Source: a bacterium
GTDB lineage: Archaea > Thermoplasmatota > E2 > JACPAO01 > JAHFTW01
Reading direction: 5' to 3'
Assembly: GCA_040390065.1 (NCBI GenBank)
Contig: JAZJZE010000006.1
Location: 32,001 to 96,000, forward strand
Length of the DNA stretch: 64,000 nucleotides
Numbering within the stretch: the first letter of the stretch is position 1; the number at the start of each line of letters is the position of its first letter. Position numbers and translations under genes: made by a program. The notes beneath the pieces are model-generated. The model worked only from the letters and a program-made list of their open reading frames with translations. It did no database searches and was not told the DNA's origin. Shown here piece by piece: positions 1-9,696 of the stretch.

Positions 1-2
1 GC

Positions 3-194
3 AGCCGCAAGGGTGCCGACGTGTGCCATCTCATCGCCCGCGACTTTTCCGGGGGCGGCCACCCGAACGCCTCAGGCGCCGACCTTGGCTTGTCGGGCCG
101 GTCCTACTGGTGGTATGTTCTCCGCCGCGGCCGCGTCGCCGTCGTCGAGAGACTCGCGGCGCGAGCCGTCGCAGCCCTGCGGGACGGTGCGTGA
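3..194 (+). CDS. 3' end of a DHH-family phosphoesterase (DHHA1 domain), truncated by the window edge
   Basis: Frame 3, translated by hand: SRKGADVCHLIARDFSGGGHPNASGAD...RDGA*, containing the DHHA1 GGGHxxAxG motif. Its TGA overlaps the next ATG (TGATG at 192-196). Confidence 0.75.
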   Translation, partial: SRKGADVCHLIARDFSGGGHPNASGADLGLSGRSYWWYVLRRGRVAVVERLAARAVAALRDGA

Positions 195-1177
195 TGGCCA
201 AGCCGCGGCCGGCGCAAGGCGTCGTGCAAGGCGACGCGGTCGTCGTGAAGGACGAGGCGCAGGCCAACCGCCTGCACAACCGCGGTTATCTCGGCGCCCC
301 GCAGCCCGGCAACACGTTGCGCCTGACGCTCACGGAAGCTTCCTGGGCCGTGGCCGAGGGGCGACTCGTCGTGCAGCAAGACGGGAAGGGGTTGGGCTTG
401 CCGACGTTGCTGGATTTCGCAGCCAATCGGGACCTCACGGCGGCGGCCCAATACGCCGTCTATCGTGACCTGCGCGAGCGTGGCCTCGTCGTGCGCCATG
501 TTGCCGCCGGCCTTGCCGCATGGCCTCGTGGCAAAGGGATCGACGGCGAGCCGGATTTCGTCGTGCGGCCGCATTCCGAGGACGATGGCATCCCCGCCAC
601 AGACCTGTGGGTGTCGAACGGCATGGTGCACGCCATCGTAGACGCCGACGGCGCAGTCACGTACTTTCGCGCTACGACGGCATCCCCGGAGGGAACGACG
701 GTCGAGCCGCGTTTTCCCAAAACGGCCGGCCAGCGCATCGGTGGCCAGGTGCTCGTCACCGACCCCACTGCCTGCCAGGCCATGACGGCGGCGTTCGTGG
801 GGGCCGCGGGGCTGGGCGGTGTCGTTCTCTCCCGCGCGGAGGCAGCATGGCTGGAGGGCCGAGGCATCCTGGACGTCGCCGGCGGCGCAGACGACGGCGC
901 GGCGCCAACTGTCGCGGCGACCCTGGCGTCCCTCCGAGCCCGCGGCATCGTCGTGCGGTCCGGCTTCCGTTTCGGCACGCACCTGCGCGGCTACCGAGGA
1001 GACCCGGATGCCGGGCACGCTGAGTGGATCGTGACCTGCTGCAATGCAGACGACGAGCTCCCATGGAGGCTACTCGCGCGGGCCATCCGTGTAGCGCATG
1101 GCGTGCGCAAGACGTTCCTTGTCGCCCTGGCCGCGGCAGACGTGCAGTATGTCGCGCTCGCCTGGTTCAAACCGTAA
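194..1177 (+). CDS. endA: tRNA-intron endonuclease (two-unit, homodimeric type)
   Basis: Two tandem units (YRDLRERG...; LRARGIVVRSGFRFGTHLRGY...HAEW...RVAHGVRK). The C-terminal unit has the Tyr-His-Lys triad. ATG at 194 is coupled to the upstream stop. Confidence 0.9.
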   Translation: MAKPRPAQGVVQGDAVVVKDEAQANRLHNRGYLGAPQPGNTLRLTLTEASWAVAEGRLVVQQDGKGLGLPTLLDFAANRDLTAAAQYAVYRDLRERGLVVRHVAAGLAAWPRGKGIDGEPDFVVRPHSEDDGIPATDLWVSNGMVHAIVDADGAVTYFRATTASPEGTTVEPRFPKTAGQRIGGQVLVTDPTACQAMTAAFVGAAGLGGVVLSRAEAAWLEGRGILDVAGGADDGAAPTVAATLASLRARGIVVRSGFRFGTHLRGYRGDPDAGHAEWIVTCCNADDELPWRLLARAIRVAHGVRKTFLVALAAADVQYVALAWFKP

Positions 1178-1274
1178 CGCGGCATCCCCTTGAGGCTGGG
1201 GTGGAGGTGGCCAAACTCGCACACGCCTTGGCCGGTCCTTTCACCCCTAAGGCCGGCCGGTGCCTGCGCCCATC

Positions 1275-2480
1275 ATGCGCGTGTCCATTGCCGTCCTCGC
1301 CGCCGTCCTGCTCATCGCCCCGCCCATCCCCGTCGGCGGCCAGGCGCAGCCGTCGGGCGTGCGGATTTCCGAGATCATGTCCGATCCGGATACAACGGCG
1401 GGCCAGCGCGAGTTCATCGAGGTGTGGAACACCGGCCAATCGGCGGTCGCCCTGGCGGGCTGGAAGTTGCACGATGCCGCGACCGCATCGGGATCGGTGA
1501 ACACCTTCACCTTTCCGCCATGGAGCCTGCCCCCCAACGGCCGGGTCGTCGTCTGGGGTGGCGGCGTCGGAGACGGCCGCGGGCCCGCGTGGAGCAACTC
1601 CGCGGTCTGGAACAATGCAGGCGATGGCGTGAGCCTCGTCGACAGTGGAGGTGCCACCATCGACTGGGTGGGCTACGGGTCGGCCGTACCGCCGCCAGGG
1701 TTTGGCAATCAATCCGTCCCCGCCGCGCCGCCCCGGGGGCAATCGTTGCAGCTCGATGGCAGTGCCTGGGCACCCGGCGCGCCCACGCCTGGCAGCGCCC
1801 CCGGCGCCGTCGGCGGATCGCTCACGATTGAGGTCGCCAATGTTGCACCGTCCGTGGCCTTCGCCGCCACGCCGGTAAGCGCTCGTCCCGGTTCTAGCAT
1901 CGCCGTGTCGTTCGTCGTGGATGACCCGAACGGCCCCTCGGATGTCGTCACGTGGCGCCTCTCGTCAGGGCAGGGGATCCTCGCAACTGGGACTGCGACA
2001 GGAACCCGGACCTTGCACCTCGCGGCGCCCCCGTCACCCGGGGCCTGGGTGCTCAACCTGACGGCGACCGATGCGGCCGGGGCCAGTGCCGCAGCCGCGG
2101 CCATCATCCAAGTGCGGAACACGGACCTCGTCGTGACGATCCCGGCGGGTGCGCTCCAGTTCGGTCAGGCCGCCCCCGGCGAGTCCGAGGTCACGGGCGT
2201 GGGCGCCGTCGACGTCACGAACGACGGCGACGCGGACGTGACGCCGCTTTTGGACGTCTCCGGATTCGCGGGGTCCGGCGGGCTGGCGTTTCCCGCCGAG
2301 GGCCATGTACGCGTGACCTGGGATGCAGGCAACCAGACCATCGCTTACGTTCACCCCCTGACGGCGCTTTCGCCCCTCGCGCCGCACGGTCACGCGACGC
2401 TGCGCTTCCATCTCGTCGATGTCCCCGCGGGATTGGCCGCAGGAACCTATGGCGCTTCGTTCACGTTGGTCGCGCAATGA
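1275..2480 (+). CDS. Secreted lamin-tail-domain protein with downstream Ig/PKD-like regions
   Basis: Signal peptide MRVSIAVLAAVLLIA; LTD-type motifs VRISEIMSDP..EFIEVWNTG..LAGWKLHD..WNNAGDGVSLVD..IDWVGYG; PTPG. Confidence 0.8.
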   Translation: MRVSIAVLAAVLLIAPPIPVGGQAQPSGVRISEIMSDPDTTAGQREFIEVWNTGQSAVALAGWKLHDAATASGSVNTFTFPPWSLPPNGRVVVWGGGVGDGRGPAWSNSAVWNNAGDGVSLVDSGGATIDWVGYGSAVPPPGFGNQSVPAAPPRGQSLQLDGSAWAPGAPTPGSAPGAVGGSLTIEVANVAPSVAFAATPVSARPGSSIAVSFVVDDPNGPSDVVTWRLSSGQGILATGTATGTRTLHLAAPPSPGAWVLNLTATDAAGASAAAAAIIQVRNTDLVVTIPAGALQFGQAAPGESEVTGVGAVDVTNDGDADVTPLLDVSGFAGSGGLAFPAEGHVRVTWDAGNQTIAYVHPLTALSPLAPHGHATLRFHLVDVPAGLAAGTYGASFTLVAQ

Positions 2481-2857
2481 TGCACGTCCTGGTTGCCGTC
2501 GTCATCCTTCATCCGGTCCTGGCGGAGCCGGGGGACGTGCGGCTGGTCGCCGCCGGGACGGGCGGGGCGAGTACGGAGTGGGCGGTCGACGGCGCGCACG
2601 TCGCATCGACGGCAGACCGGGAGGCCGCCGTCGTGCACCTACAGGCCGGCGGGCACCGCATCGAGGCCGAAAGCCATGCGTCGCGTGCGTGGATCGCCAT
2701 CGCCCGAGTGGTCCCGGCACAACCCGGCCTCGCCTACGTCCCATCGTGGAGCGGCGGAGCGGCAGGGGAAGCTACGCGGCCAATCCCCGTCGACCTTCCC
2801 GTGGTGGGCGTGGCCGTCGCAGCCGCGGGGTTGCGCCGTCATTCGAAGGGGCCTTGA
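2477..2857 (+). CDS. Small exported protein with hydrophobic-plus-basic C-terminal anchor
   Basis: ATGA overlap with the LTD gene; hydrophobic N-terminus; C-terminus PVVGVAVAAAGLRRHSKGP. Confidence 0.55.
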   Translation: MMHVLVAVVILHPVLAEPGDVRLVAAGTGGASTEWAVDGAHVASTADREAAVVHLQAGGHRIEAESHASRAWIAIARVVPAQPGLAYVPSWSGGAAGEATRPIPVDLPVVGVAVAAAGLRRHSKGP

Positions 2858-2880
2858 AGCCCGGCCGGCATGGCTTGCGC

Positions 2881-4212
2881 GTGCAGATCGACCCGTGGGG
2901 CAGCGGGCAGGTGAAGGACTACGCGCGCTTGCGCGACGAGTTCGGCATCGCGGCCTTCGGCGTCGCCGAGTACAGCGTCTTCGCCAAGCCGCACAACCTG
3001 TTCAGGCGCGGCGTCGTCTTTGGCCACCGCGACTTCGAACGGGTCGCGGACGCCGTCAAGGCGCAGGACGCATGGTCCGTGATGACGGGCTTCATGCCGT
3101 CCGGCGATCTGCACATGGGCCACAAGATGGTCCTGGAACAGGTCATCGCCCATCAAGCGGAAGGGGCCGACGTCCACCTGGCCTTGGCCGACTTCGAGGC
3201 CGTGGCTGCGCGCGGCTTTACCCTGGAGAAGGCCCGCGAAGTCGCCGTGGACCAATACGTGCGCAATGCGTTGGCCCTCGGCCTTTCGCCCGGCAATGCG
3301 GAATTCTACTTCCAGACGAAGCGCAAACGGGTGACCGATCTGGCGCACCGTTTTGCGCAGAAGGTCAACCTGTCCCAGATGCAGGCCCTGTACGGATTTG
3401 CCGGCGAGACGTCGGTCGCGCACGTGCTGGCCCCAATCATCCAGGCCGCGGACATCCTGCACGTCCAGGGCGACGAGGCGGGGGCGCGGCCCGTGCTCGT
3501 CCCAGTCGGCGTCGACCAGGATCCGCACGTTCGCTTGACGCGTGACATCGCAGCGGATTGGCGTTGGTTTGGCGTGACCTGGATGAAGGGCGACGGCGGG
3601 TCGCAGCTGACCGTGAGCGTGCGCCGCGGCGGCGACAAGAAGGCCGCGCTCGACCTGGCGGAGAGGGCGCTGCGCGACAACGGATACGGCGAACTGCGGC
3701 GCAACGACGCGTACGGAACGATGGAGGTGCGCGGGGGCACGGCGAAGGACGAGCGGCGGATCGACTTGGCCTTGGCGCGGGCCGAGCGCGCTGCGGGGAA
3801 CGAGACCGCCCTGTTGCGTCCGGCGGCAACGTTCCACCGGTTCATGACGGGCCTGCAGGGTGGCAAGATGTCATCGTCCAAACCGGAGACGTCCATCTAT
3901 CTCACGGAGGATCCGAAGGCGGCGGAGAGGAAGCTTAAGGCTTCCGTCACCGGCGGCCGCGCGACGGCGGAGGAGCAGCGCAAACTCGGCGCCGACCCAA
4001 CGGTCTGCCCGGTCTACGAGATGTACTTGTACCACTTGGCCACCGACGACGCACACTTGCAGGTCGTCTATGACGAATGCCGCAGCGGTGCGCGGCTCTG
4101 CGGCCAGTGCAAGGGTGAAGCGGCGGGCCTGCTTCTCGGTTTCCTCAAGTCCCACAAGGAGAAACGCGACGCGACCGCGCACCTCGTGCCCGAGGTCCTC
4201 GCCACCGACTGA
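2881..4212 (+). CDS. trpS: Tryptophan--tRNA ligase
   Basis: IDPWGS start; TGFMPSGDLHMGH (HIGH-like); QAADIL; VPVGVDQDPHVRLTRD; KMSSS; C-terminal C..C..CGQCK. Confidence 0.95.
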   Translation: MQIDPWGSGQVKDYARLRDEFGIAAFGVAEYSVFAKPHNLFRRGVVFGHRDFERVADAVKAQDAWSVMTGFMPSGDLHMGHKMVLEQVIAHQAEGADVHLALADFEAVAARGFTLEKAREVAVDQYVRNALALGLSPGNAEFYFQTKRKRVTDLAHRFAQKVNLSQMQALYGFAGETSVAHVLAPIIQAADILHVQGDEAGARPVLVPVGVDQDPHVRLTRDIAADWRWFGVTWMKGDGGSQLTVSVRRGGDKKAALDLAERALRDNGYGELRRNDAYGTMEVRGGTAKDERRIDLALARAERAAGNETALLRPAATFHRFMTGLQGGKMSSSKPETSIYLTEDPKAAERKLKASVTGGRATAEEQRKLGADPTVCPVYEMYLYHLATDDAHLQVVYDECRSGARLCGQCKGEAAGLLLGFLKSHKEKRDATAHLVPEVLATD

Positions 4213-4247
4213 GGGCTCAGGCCAGAAAAGGTTTCAACGTCTGCGCC

Positions 4248-5936
4248 GTGCAATCGGCGTTGCGCGTCCTCCTCCTGGCAATGCTCCTCGTCGCTCCAGC
4301 CCTGTCCGGCTGCTTCGGCTTCGGCCCCCAATGCAGCTACCATGTGGCCATCACGCCCATCAGCGACAACGCCCTCACCACCGACAACCGCTTCCGCGTC
4401 GAAGTCACCGAGGACGAGCCGGTGCACATCGAAGCCACCGCGTCGGACGGCCGTTTCGTGCAACAGGACGGTCAGCAGAAGGCTACGCTCGTCATGCCCG
4501 ACGGCACGTGGGACGTCTCCTACAGTGTCCACGGCAACCGCTGCAATTCGTACTCGGGCGTCCGCGTGGATACCACACCGCCGACGATCACGGGGCTGCA
4601 GGCGCTGGCCAACGCGGATTCGGGGCGGCATTACCGTCTCGGCGTCGGCGTCACGATTTCTGGCGCAGCCTCGACGCGCGTCATGGACCTGCGTGACAAT
4701 TCCCTCATCGCCACGAGCCTCCCCGTGGACCTCAACAACCTCGCCGACGGGGTCTCGGCGTACCTGGTCTCCGCGCGGGACGAAGCGGGGAACTACGCCA
4801 ACGCGACCGTGCAGGTCCGCGTCGGCTCCGCCGTCGACCTGCCGGCGGGCAAGTACACGTTCGGCGTGGTGGCGCGGTACTCCAACGACCTCATCCTGTG
4901 GGACATCACCGACCCGGCGTCGTACATGACGGTGGCGCAAGCTTCGGCGGCCACCGGCGGGCATGATCTCGGAGCCGGATATGGCGTCACACCGGCCGAC
5001 GCAGAGGTCCAGCGCGTCGTCGCGGCCACAGTGACGCCCGGCATGACGAGCGCCGAGCGCGCGCTCGCCTTGCTGAAGTACATGATGCGCAACCTGCACT
5101 ACGACACGTCGCGCCTGGACAATGACCACCTGTTGACACCGCACCAAGTCCTCCTCGACATGGAAGACTCGGCTGGCCGGGACTGCACCGACGCCTCGGG
5201 CAAGGCGCCGGATTGCGACGGCCTCGTCATGGACGGCAGTGGCAACGGTGTCAAGGGAGGCATCTGCCGAGACCTCGCCGCCACCTACGTCAGCCTTCTG
5301 CGCGCGGCCGGTGTCCCCGCTCGCTTGGTCTCCGGCTACGTCGCCGGCAACGTCAACGGCTTCCACGCCTGGGCCGAGTTCTACGGGGGCGCACCAGCCG
5401 CGCACCCGGGCCAAGCACCGTGGGTCCCGGTGGACGTGAGCAACGTCGACGGCACCTATTCCGATTCCGTGCTGCTGCAGTCGTTTGGCATCCAGTTGCC
5501 CGAGTACCTGACGTTGCGCGCGGTGCCGGAGACGTCCGAAGTGCAGGGCTGGAGCACGGCGCTCGGCGTACACTACCAGTACCCCCAAGGCACGCCGGAG
5601 CCCAAGATCACGTTCCAGAAATCCGTGGCCGCCGACTTCACGCGCCCGGGTGTCCTGTGCTTCGACCCGCAGACGCGCAGCCGCGCCCCCGCCGACAGCG
5701 AGTCGGCGTGCACCTCCTTCGGGTTCTACTTGCCGCATTTCACTCTGTCCACGACGCGCAGCATCGACTACGGCATTCTCGTCGAATCCGCCGCCAAGGG
5801 GACGCAAGTGAGAGCCGAGGTCGCCTATCCGTTCCCGGAATCGGTGGCGCCGAACCACGTCGACTTCCTGTTCTACGGCCCCCTCGACGGCCAAGACAAG
5901 GTGGCCGGCAAGGCCGACGCTAACTTCACTGTCTGA
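4248..5936 (+). CDS. Lipoprotein with Ig-like region and transglutaminase-like domain
   Basis: Lipobox ALSGC; catalytic triad motifs GICRDLA, FHAWAEF and WVPVD; LLRAAGVPARLVSGY. Confidence 0.85.
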   Translation: MQSALRVLLLAMLLVAPALSGCFGFGPQCSYHVAITPISDNALTTDNRFRVEVTEDEPVHIEATASDGRFVQQDGQQKATLVMPDGTWDVSYSVHGNRCNSYSGVRVDTTPPTITGLQALANADSGRHYRLGVGVTISGAASTRVMDLRDNSLIATSLPVDLNNLADGVSAYLVSARDEAGNYANATVQVRVGSAVDLPAGKYTFGVVARYSNDLILWDITDPASYMTVAQASAATGGHDLGAGYGVTPADAEVQRVVAATVTPGMTSAERALALLKYMMRNLHYDTSRLDNDHLLTPHQVLLDMEDSAGRDCTDASGKAPDCDGLVMDGSGNGVKGGICRDLAATYVSLLRAAGVPARLVSGYVAGNVNGFHAWAEFYGGAPAAHPGQAPWVPVDVSNVDGTYSDSVLLQSFGIQLPEYLTLRAVPETSEVQGWSTALGVHYQYPQGTPEPKITFQKSVAADFTRPGVLCFDPQTRSRAPADSESACTSFGFYLPHFTLSTTRSIDYGILVESAAKGTQVRAEVAYPFPESVAPNHVDFLFYGPLDGQDKVAGKADANFTV

Positions 5937-5947
5937 TGCGAGGCCAC

Positions 5948-6910
5948 ATGCAGAAGCCTGAAGACTCCCGACCCGAGTCGCTGCGCGTGGATGTCCGGAC
6001 CGCCGTCATGGCCGTCGTCCTTGCGGCCCTCGTCGCCGGCTGCGCCGGAGCACCGTCGGCCAAGGCCGGTGACGATGCCCGCGCGGCGCTCGCCGCAGTC
6101 CACTTCCCCTCCATGCTCGTGAAGGTCACGCCCGACGAGCCGTTCGAGACGGTCACCGAATCGACCATCGCCTGGGGGGATGGCGCGTTCGGCGTGCTCT
6201 CGGCTGACCCGCACAGCGGGCTCTATCGCATGAACGTGTATTCCGATGGCAAATCCTACGGCTCGAATCTCGGCATGGGCTGGGTCAGCGCCGAATACCC
6301 CGGACAGCTCGATGGTTCGGCACACGGCTCCCCCTTCCTCGCCTTGTGGAACCTCAGGGACGTCGCAAACGATCCAGCGATGGCCGTCACGATGGCCGAC
6401 GGTGGCCAGAACTTCACCGTGGTCGGTGTCCTGGCCCGGGGCGGTGTCTCCTTCGTCCTCCACATCGACCTTGGCGTCCAATCCGGCACGGCGGTATGGG
6501 CGAGAATGGTCGCCCAAGGAACACGTGAATCTCCATTCACGTTTCATGCCGGAGGGGAGCTCGGCTTCCCGTTGACGGTGCCAGCCAACGCCATGGACAT
6601 CCAGGGAGTCGTGGCCGGCGAGACCGTCGCCAAGAACGGCCACAAGATCATCATGGACTTGATCAAGGACTACACCGACCGCCGCGGCAGCGTCCCGGAT
6701 TCCGTCGACCCCCAGACGCTGCAGCTGGAGCGCATCGCGGCCAACAAGGAGTGGCCAGCCAACCCGTTCAAGGGCGGCGACATGCAGAACGCGCGCCAGG
6801 CGGGCGACTTCGTCTGGACGAAGTGCTCCGACAAGCTGGGCTCCTATGTCGGTCTCGGATGGGACGGCTCCGTCTCCAGCCGCAATTACGGCGGCCAGAA
6901 CTGTCCGTGA
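5948..6910 (+). CDS. Hypothetical lipoprotein
   Basis: Lipobox LVAGC after a hydrophobic stretch; codon usage like its neighbours; directly follows the transglutaminase gene. Confidence 0.7.
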   Translation: MQKPEDSRPESLRVDVRTAVMAVVLAALVAGCAGAPSAKAGDDARAALAAVHFPSMLVKVTPDEPFETVTESTIAWGDGAFGVLSADPHSGLYRMNVYSDGKSYGSNLGMGWVSAEYPGQLDGSAHGSPFLALWNLRDVANDPAMAVTMADGGQNFTVVGVLARGGVSFVLHIDLGVQSGTAVWARMVAQGTRESPFTFHAGGELGFPLTVPANAMDIQGVVAGETVAKNGHKIIMDLIKDYTDRRGSVPDSVDPQTLQLERIAANKEWPANPFKGGDMQNARQAGDFVWTKCSDKLGSYVGLGWDGSVSSRNYGGQNCP

Positions 6911-7030
6911 GGGCAGCCGCCGAGGCCCGCAAACGACTCTCCGCAACGGAGGGGGCGCATCAGAAAGCTTATAGTGGCTCAGGGTCCCTGCAACTTGCTC
7001 CGGAACGGCGCATGCCGGGCCGGGGCCACC

Positions 7031-9493
7031 GTGGTGCACAACGTGGTCGCTGTCCAATCCCTTCGCAAATTGCCCATCGTCGCCGTCGCCTTGGTGATGT
7101 TGGCATCCGCGCTCATCCTGCCGCCATCGCACATCGTTTCGCCCGCGGACGCGACCGCCACCCCGACGTCGACGAAGTTCGGCATGTCGGGCGCGCGCAT
7201 CTGGAACAACTACAACCTTGCGACCGTCACGGCGGTCGGAGAGGCGGGTCCGAGCGGCGCCTGCGGCTGCGAGCCCACGATGGGCGTCGACTGGGTGCAC
7301 GGCAACGGCAAGGACGCCATTTACCAGGCGATGACCGAGACCTTCTGCCTCTCCTGGGACGACAACCAGCCGATTGGCGTCCCGCCGCAGCTCACGATGA
7401 CGCGCTGCACGTCGCAATTCAACAACTACGGCGCCACGTACGGCGGCGGCGCCGTCCAGCCCAACTACGACCCGATCCTCTATACGGACTTCGACGGCGG
7501 CCGCACCTTCGCCGGCGGCCTCGTCATCAACCCGCCCCCGCCGGCCAACCCGGTGACGCCGATTGTCTGCGGCGTCCTGCCTTACCCCGCCGGCTGCACC
7601 TACGGCTGCAGCGAACTCTCCTTCACCGACACCAACGACGGCTCCGACGGTTGGATGCCCGTCACCGACGCCTGCGCCCTGCCTTCGTGGGATCATGAGA
7701 CGATCAGCGGTGGACCCTGGGCCTTCCCGCCCCCGAGCTGGGCGGCCCCCGGCTCGCGTGCCGTCTATTACTGCGCGCAAGTCGGCGAGATCGCCTGCTG
7801 GACCTCGTACGACGGCGGCGTCACCTTCTCACCGACGAACCTCGCAAACGACCCGAGCAACGACGACTGCACCGGCATCCACGGCCACATGCGCATCGGC
7901 CGCATGTACAAGGGCGACGACGTCGGCGAATCCGGCAGCGACCCGCAGGACGGCCTCGGCTACGCCTACTTGCCCGACAAGGCTTGCAGCATCGGGTCTG
8001 CCGCGGCCGCCGCGGCTTCCACGCCGCCCACGCCGCCTGCCTGCAAGGTCAACCCCGGCAACCTGCCGTGCAAGACCGGCTTCGTCTACAGCAAGGACAA
8101 CGCCCTTTCCTTCATCGAGCGCGAGCGCCCGGACACGAGCTCGACCGACTGCAGCACGAACCCGCCCCCGGCCGGCCCCATCCTGCGCCCCGGCCACATG
8201 GACCCCTCCATCGCGCCGTCCCTTGACAACGGCTGGATCTACCTCGGCGCCGGCGAGCAGGGCGCGACGGCCGGGCAGCCCGGCGGCGCCTACATCGCCA
8301 TGAGCAAGACGAACGGCGCAACGTGGGAAGACGTCGGCGTCGGCAACGGAGCCTGCCCCGGTACGAAATACTTCAACGTCGGCGCCCTCGCTGGCGTCCA
8401 GCAGGCCACGATGGCGGACGTCATGGTCGGCGACGACGACCGCGCAGCCTTCGCTTTCCTTGGCAGCACGGCATCCACCGCGGACTACGACAGTTGCGGC
8501 GGCGGCGCGTCGGCGCACATCTTCAACCTCTACGTCGCCTTGACCTACGATGCGGGCAAGACGTGGACCGTGGACAAGGTCACGACCGACCCCGTGCAGC
8601 GCGGCGGCATCTGGCCCTACGGCGGCGGCGCAACGTGCCGCAACCTCCTCGACTTCAACGACATCGTGACGGACTACCAAGGACGCATCATGATGGCCTA
8701 CAGCGACGGTTGCGTCGGCACTTGCGCCGGGCCGACCGGAACCTCCGGCATGTCGACGAGCGCGGACGCCGCGGTTGCTCGTCAGACGACGGGTCGTGGT
8801 CTGTTGAAGGCGTATGACATTCCGGATCCTCCGCCAACGCCGTTGCCGGATGATTCTTCGTCGCCCAGTTCCGCGGGCCCCGTGCAGTATCAACCGTATG
8901 GGCCGGAAGTGACGGATACGAATGACCAGGATGGCGATGGCGTCATCGATGCCAACGACGACTGCAAGACCGTCCCCAACGCAGACCAGAAGGACACTGA
9001 CATGGATTCCTTCGGCGATGCGTGTGATGCGGATGATGATGGCGATGGTATCCTCGATGGTGCCGACAATTGCCAATTCGTCCCTAACGCGCAGCAACTC
9101 GATGCCAACCACAACAAACTCGGTGACGTCTGCGATGCGGATGCGGACGGCGACGGCAAATTGAATGCCGCCGACGATTGTTGGCTCATGCCGAATGCGG
9201 ATCAAGTCGACTTGGATCGCGACGGCATCGGCGATGTTTGCGACAAGGACCGCGACGGCGACGGTGTCCCCGACTCCAGCGACGCCTACCCTGATGACCA
9301 GTCGCGTTGGAACGGCGACCTCGTGGATGCCGCGGGCGCTCCGCAGACCATCGGCGAAGACCACCGCCCCATGAATGGCGTCGAAGCCAAGACGGCCGGC
9401 AGCACCAGCAGCATGCCCGTCCTCATGATCGCCGGAGCCCTCGTCATCGCAAGCATGCTCGCCCTCATGCTCCTCATGCTGCGGCGAAAGTAA
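7031..9493 (+). CDS. Membrane-anchored surface protein: BNR/Asp-box propeller plus thrombospondin type-3 Ca-binding repeats
   Basis: Signal peptide; Asp-boxes SYDGGVTF, SKDNALSF, SKTNGATW, TYDAGKTW; TSP3 repeats (DQDGDGVIDANDDC..PNADQ.D.D....GDACD); C-terminal TM followed by RRK. GTG start is approximate; CTTATA lies upstream near 6970. Confidence 0.85.
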   Translation: MVHNVVAVQSLRKLPIVAVALVMLASALILPPSHIVSPADATATPTSTKFGMSGARIWNNYNLATVTAVGEAGPSGACGCEPTMGVDWVHGNGKDAIYQAMTETFCLSWDDNQPIGVPPQLTMTRCTSQFNNYGATYGGGAVQPNYDPILYTDFDGGRTFAGGLVINPPPPANPVTPIVCGVLPYPAGCTYGCSELSFTDTNDGSDGWMPVTDACALPSWDHETISGGPWAFPPPSWAAPGSRAVYYCAQVGEIACWTSYDGGVTFSPTNLANDPSNDDCTGIHGHMRIGRMYKGDDVGESGSDPQDGLGYAYLPDKACSIGSAAAAAASTPPTPPACKVNPGNLPCKTGFVYSKDNALSFIERERPDTSSTDCSTNPPPAGPILRPGHMDPSIAPSLDNGWIYLGAGEQGATAGQPGGAYIAMSKTNGATWEDVGVGNGACPGTKYFNVGALAGVQQATMADVMVGDDDRAAFAFLGSTASTADYDSCGGGASAHIFNLYVALTYDAGKTWTVDKVTTDPVQRGGIWPYGGGATCRNLLDFNDIVTDYQGRIMMAYSDGCVGTCAGPTGTSGMSTSADAAVARQTTGRGLLKAYDIPDPPPTPLPDDSSSPSSAGPVQYQPYGPEVTDTNDQDGDGVIDANDDCKTVPNADQKDTDMDSFGDACDADDDGDGILDGADNCQFVPNAQQLDANHNKLGDVCDADADGDGKLNAADDCWLMPNADQVDLDRDGIGDVCDKDRDGDGVPDSSDAYPDDQSRWNGDLVDAAGAPQTIGEDHRPMNGVEAKTAGSTSSMPVLMIAGALVIASMLALMLLMLRRK

Positions 9494-9614
9494 GGCGCTT
9501 CATCGGCCGAAACCAGCCGAAACTGCCCTCGCTGCGCGTTCCACCGGCCGCTTGCCACCCTGTTGCCAGCCCAATCGGCAAGTTGCGTAGCATCGGCCAA
9601 ACTCCTTCGGTGGC

Positions 9615-9625
9615 GTTTTAAATAC
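9615..9625 (+). promoter_or_regulatory. TATA box of giant surface protein 1
   Basis: GTTTTAAATAC, identical to the box at 17315; an SD-like GAGGT at 9686 precedes ATG 9697. Confidence 0.7.
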
Positions 9626-9696
9626 CCCCATCATGGTTCAACCTGCCATTGTCCCTAGGGAGACCATCCCAAGGGCCAATTGATCGAGGTCCCACG

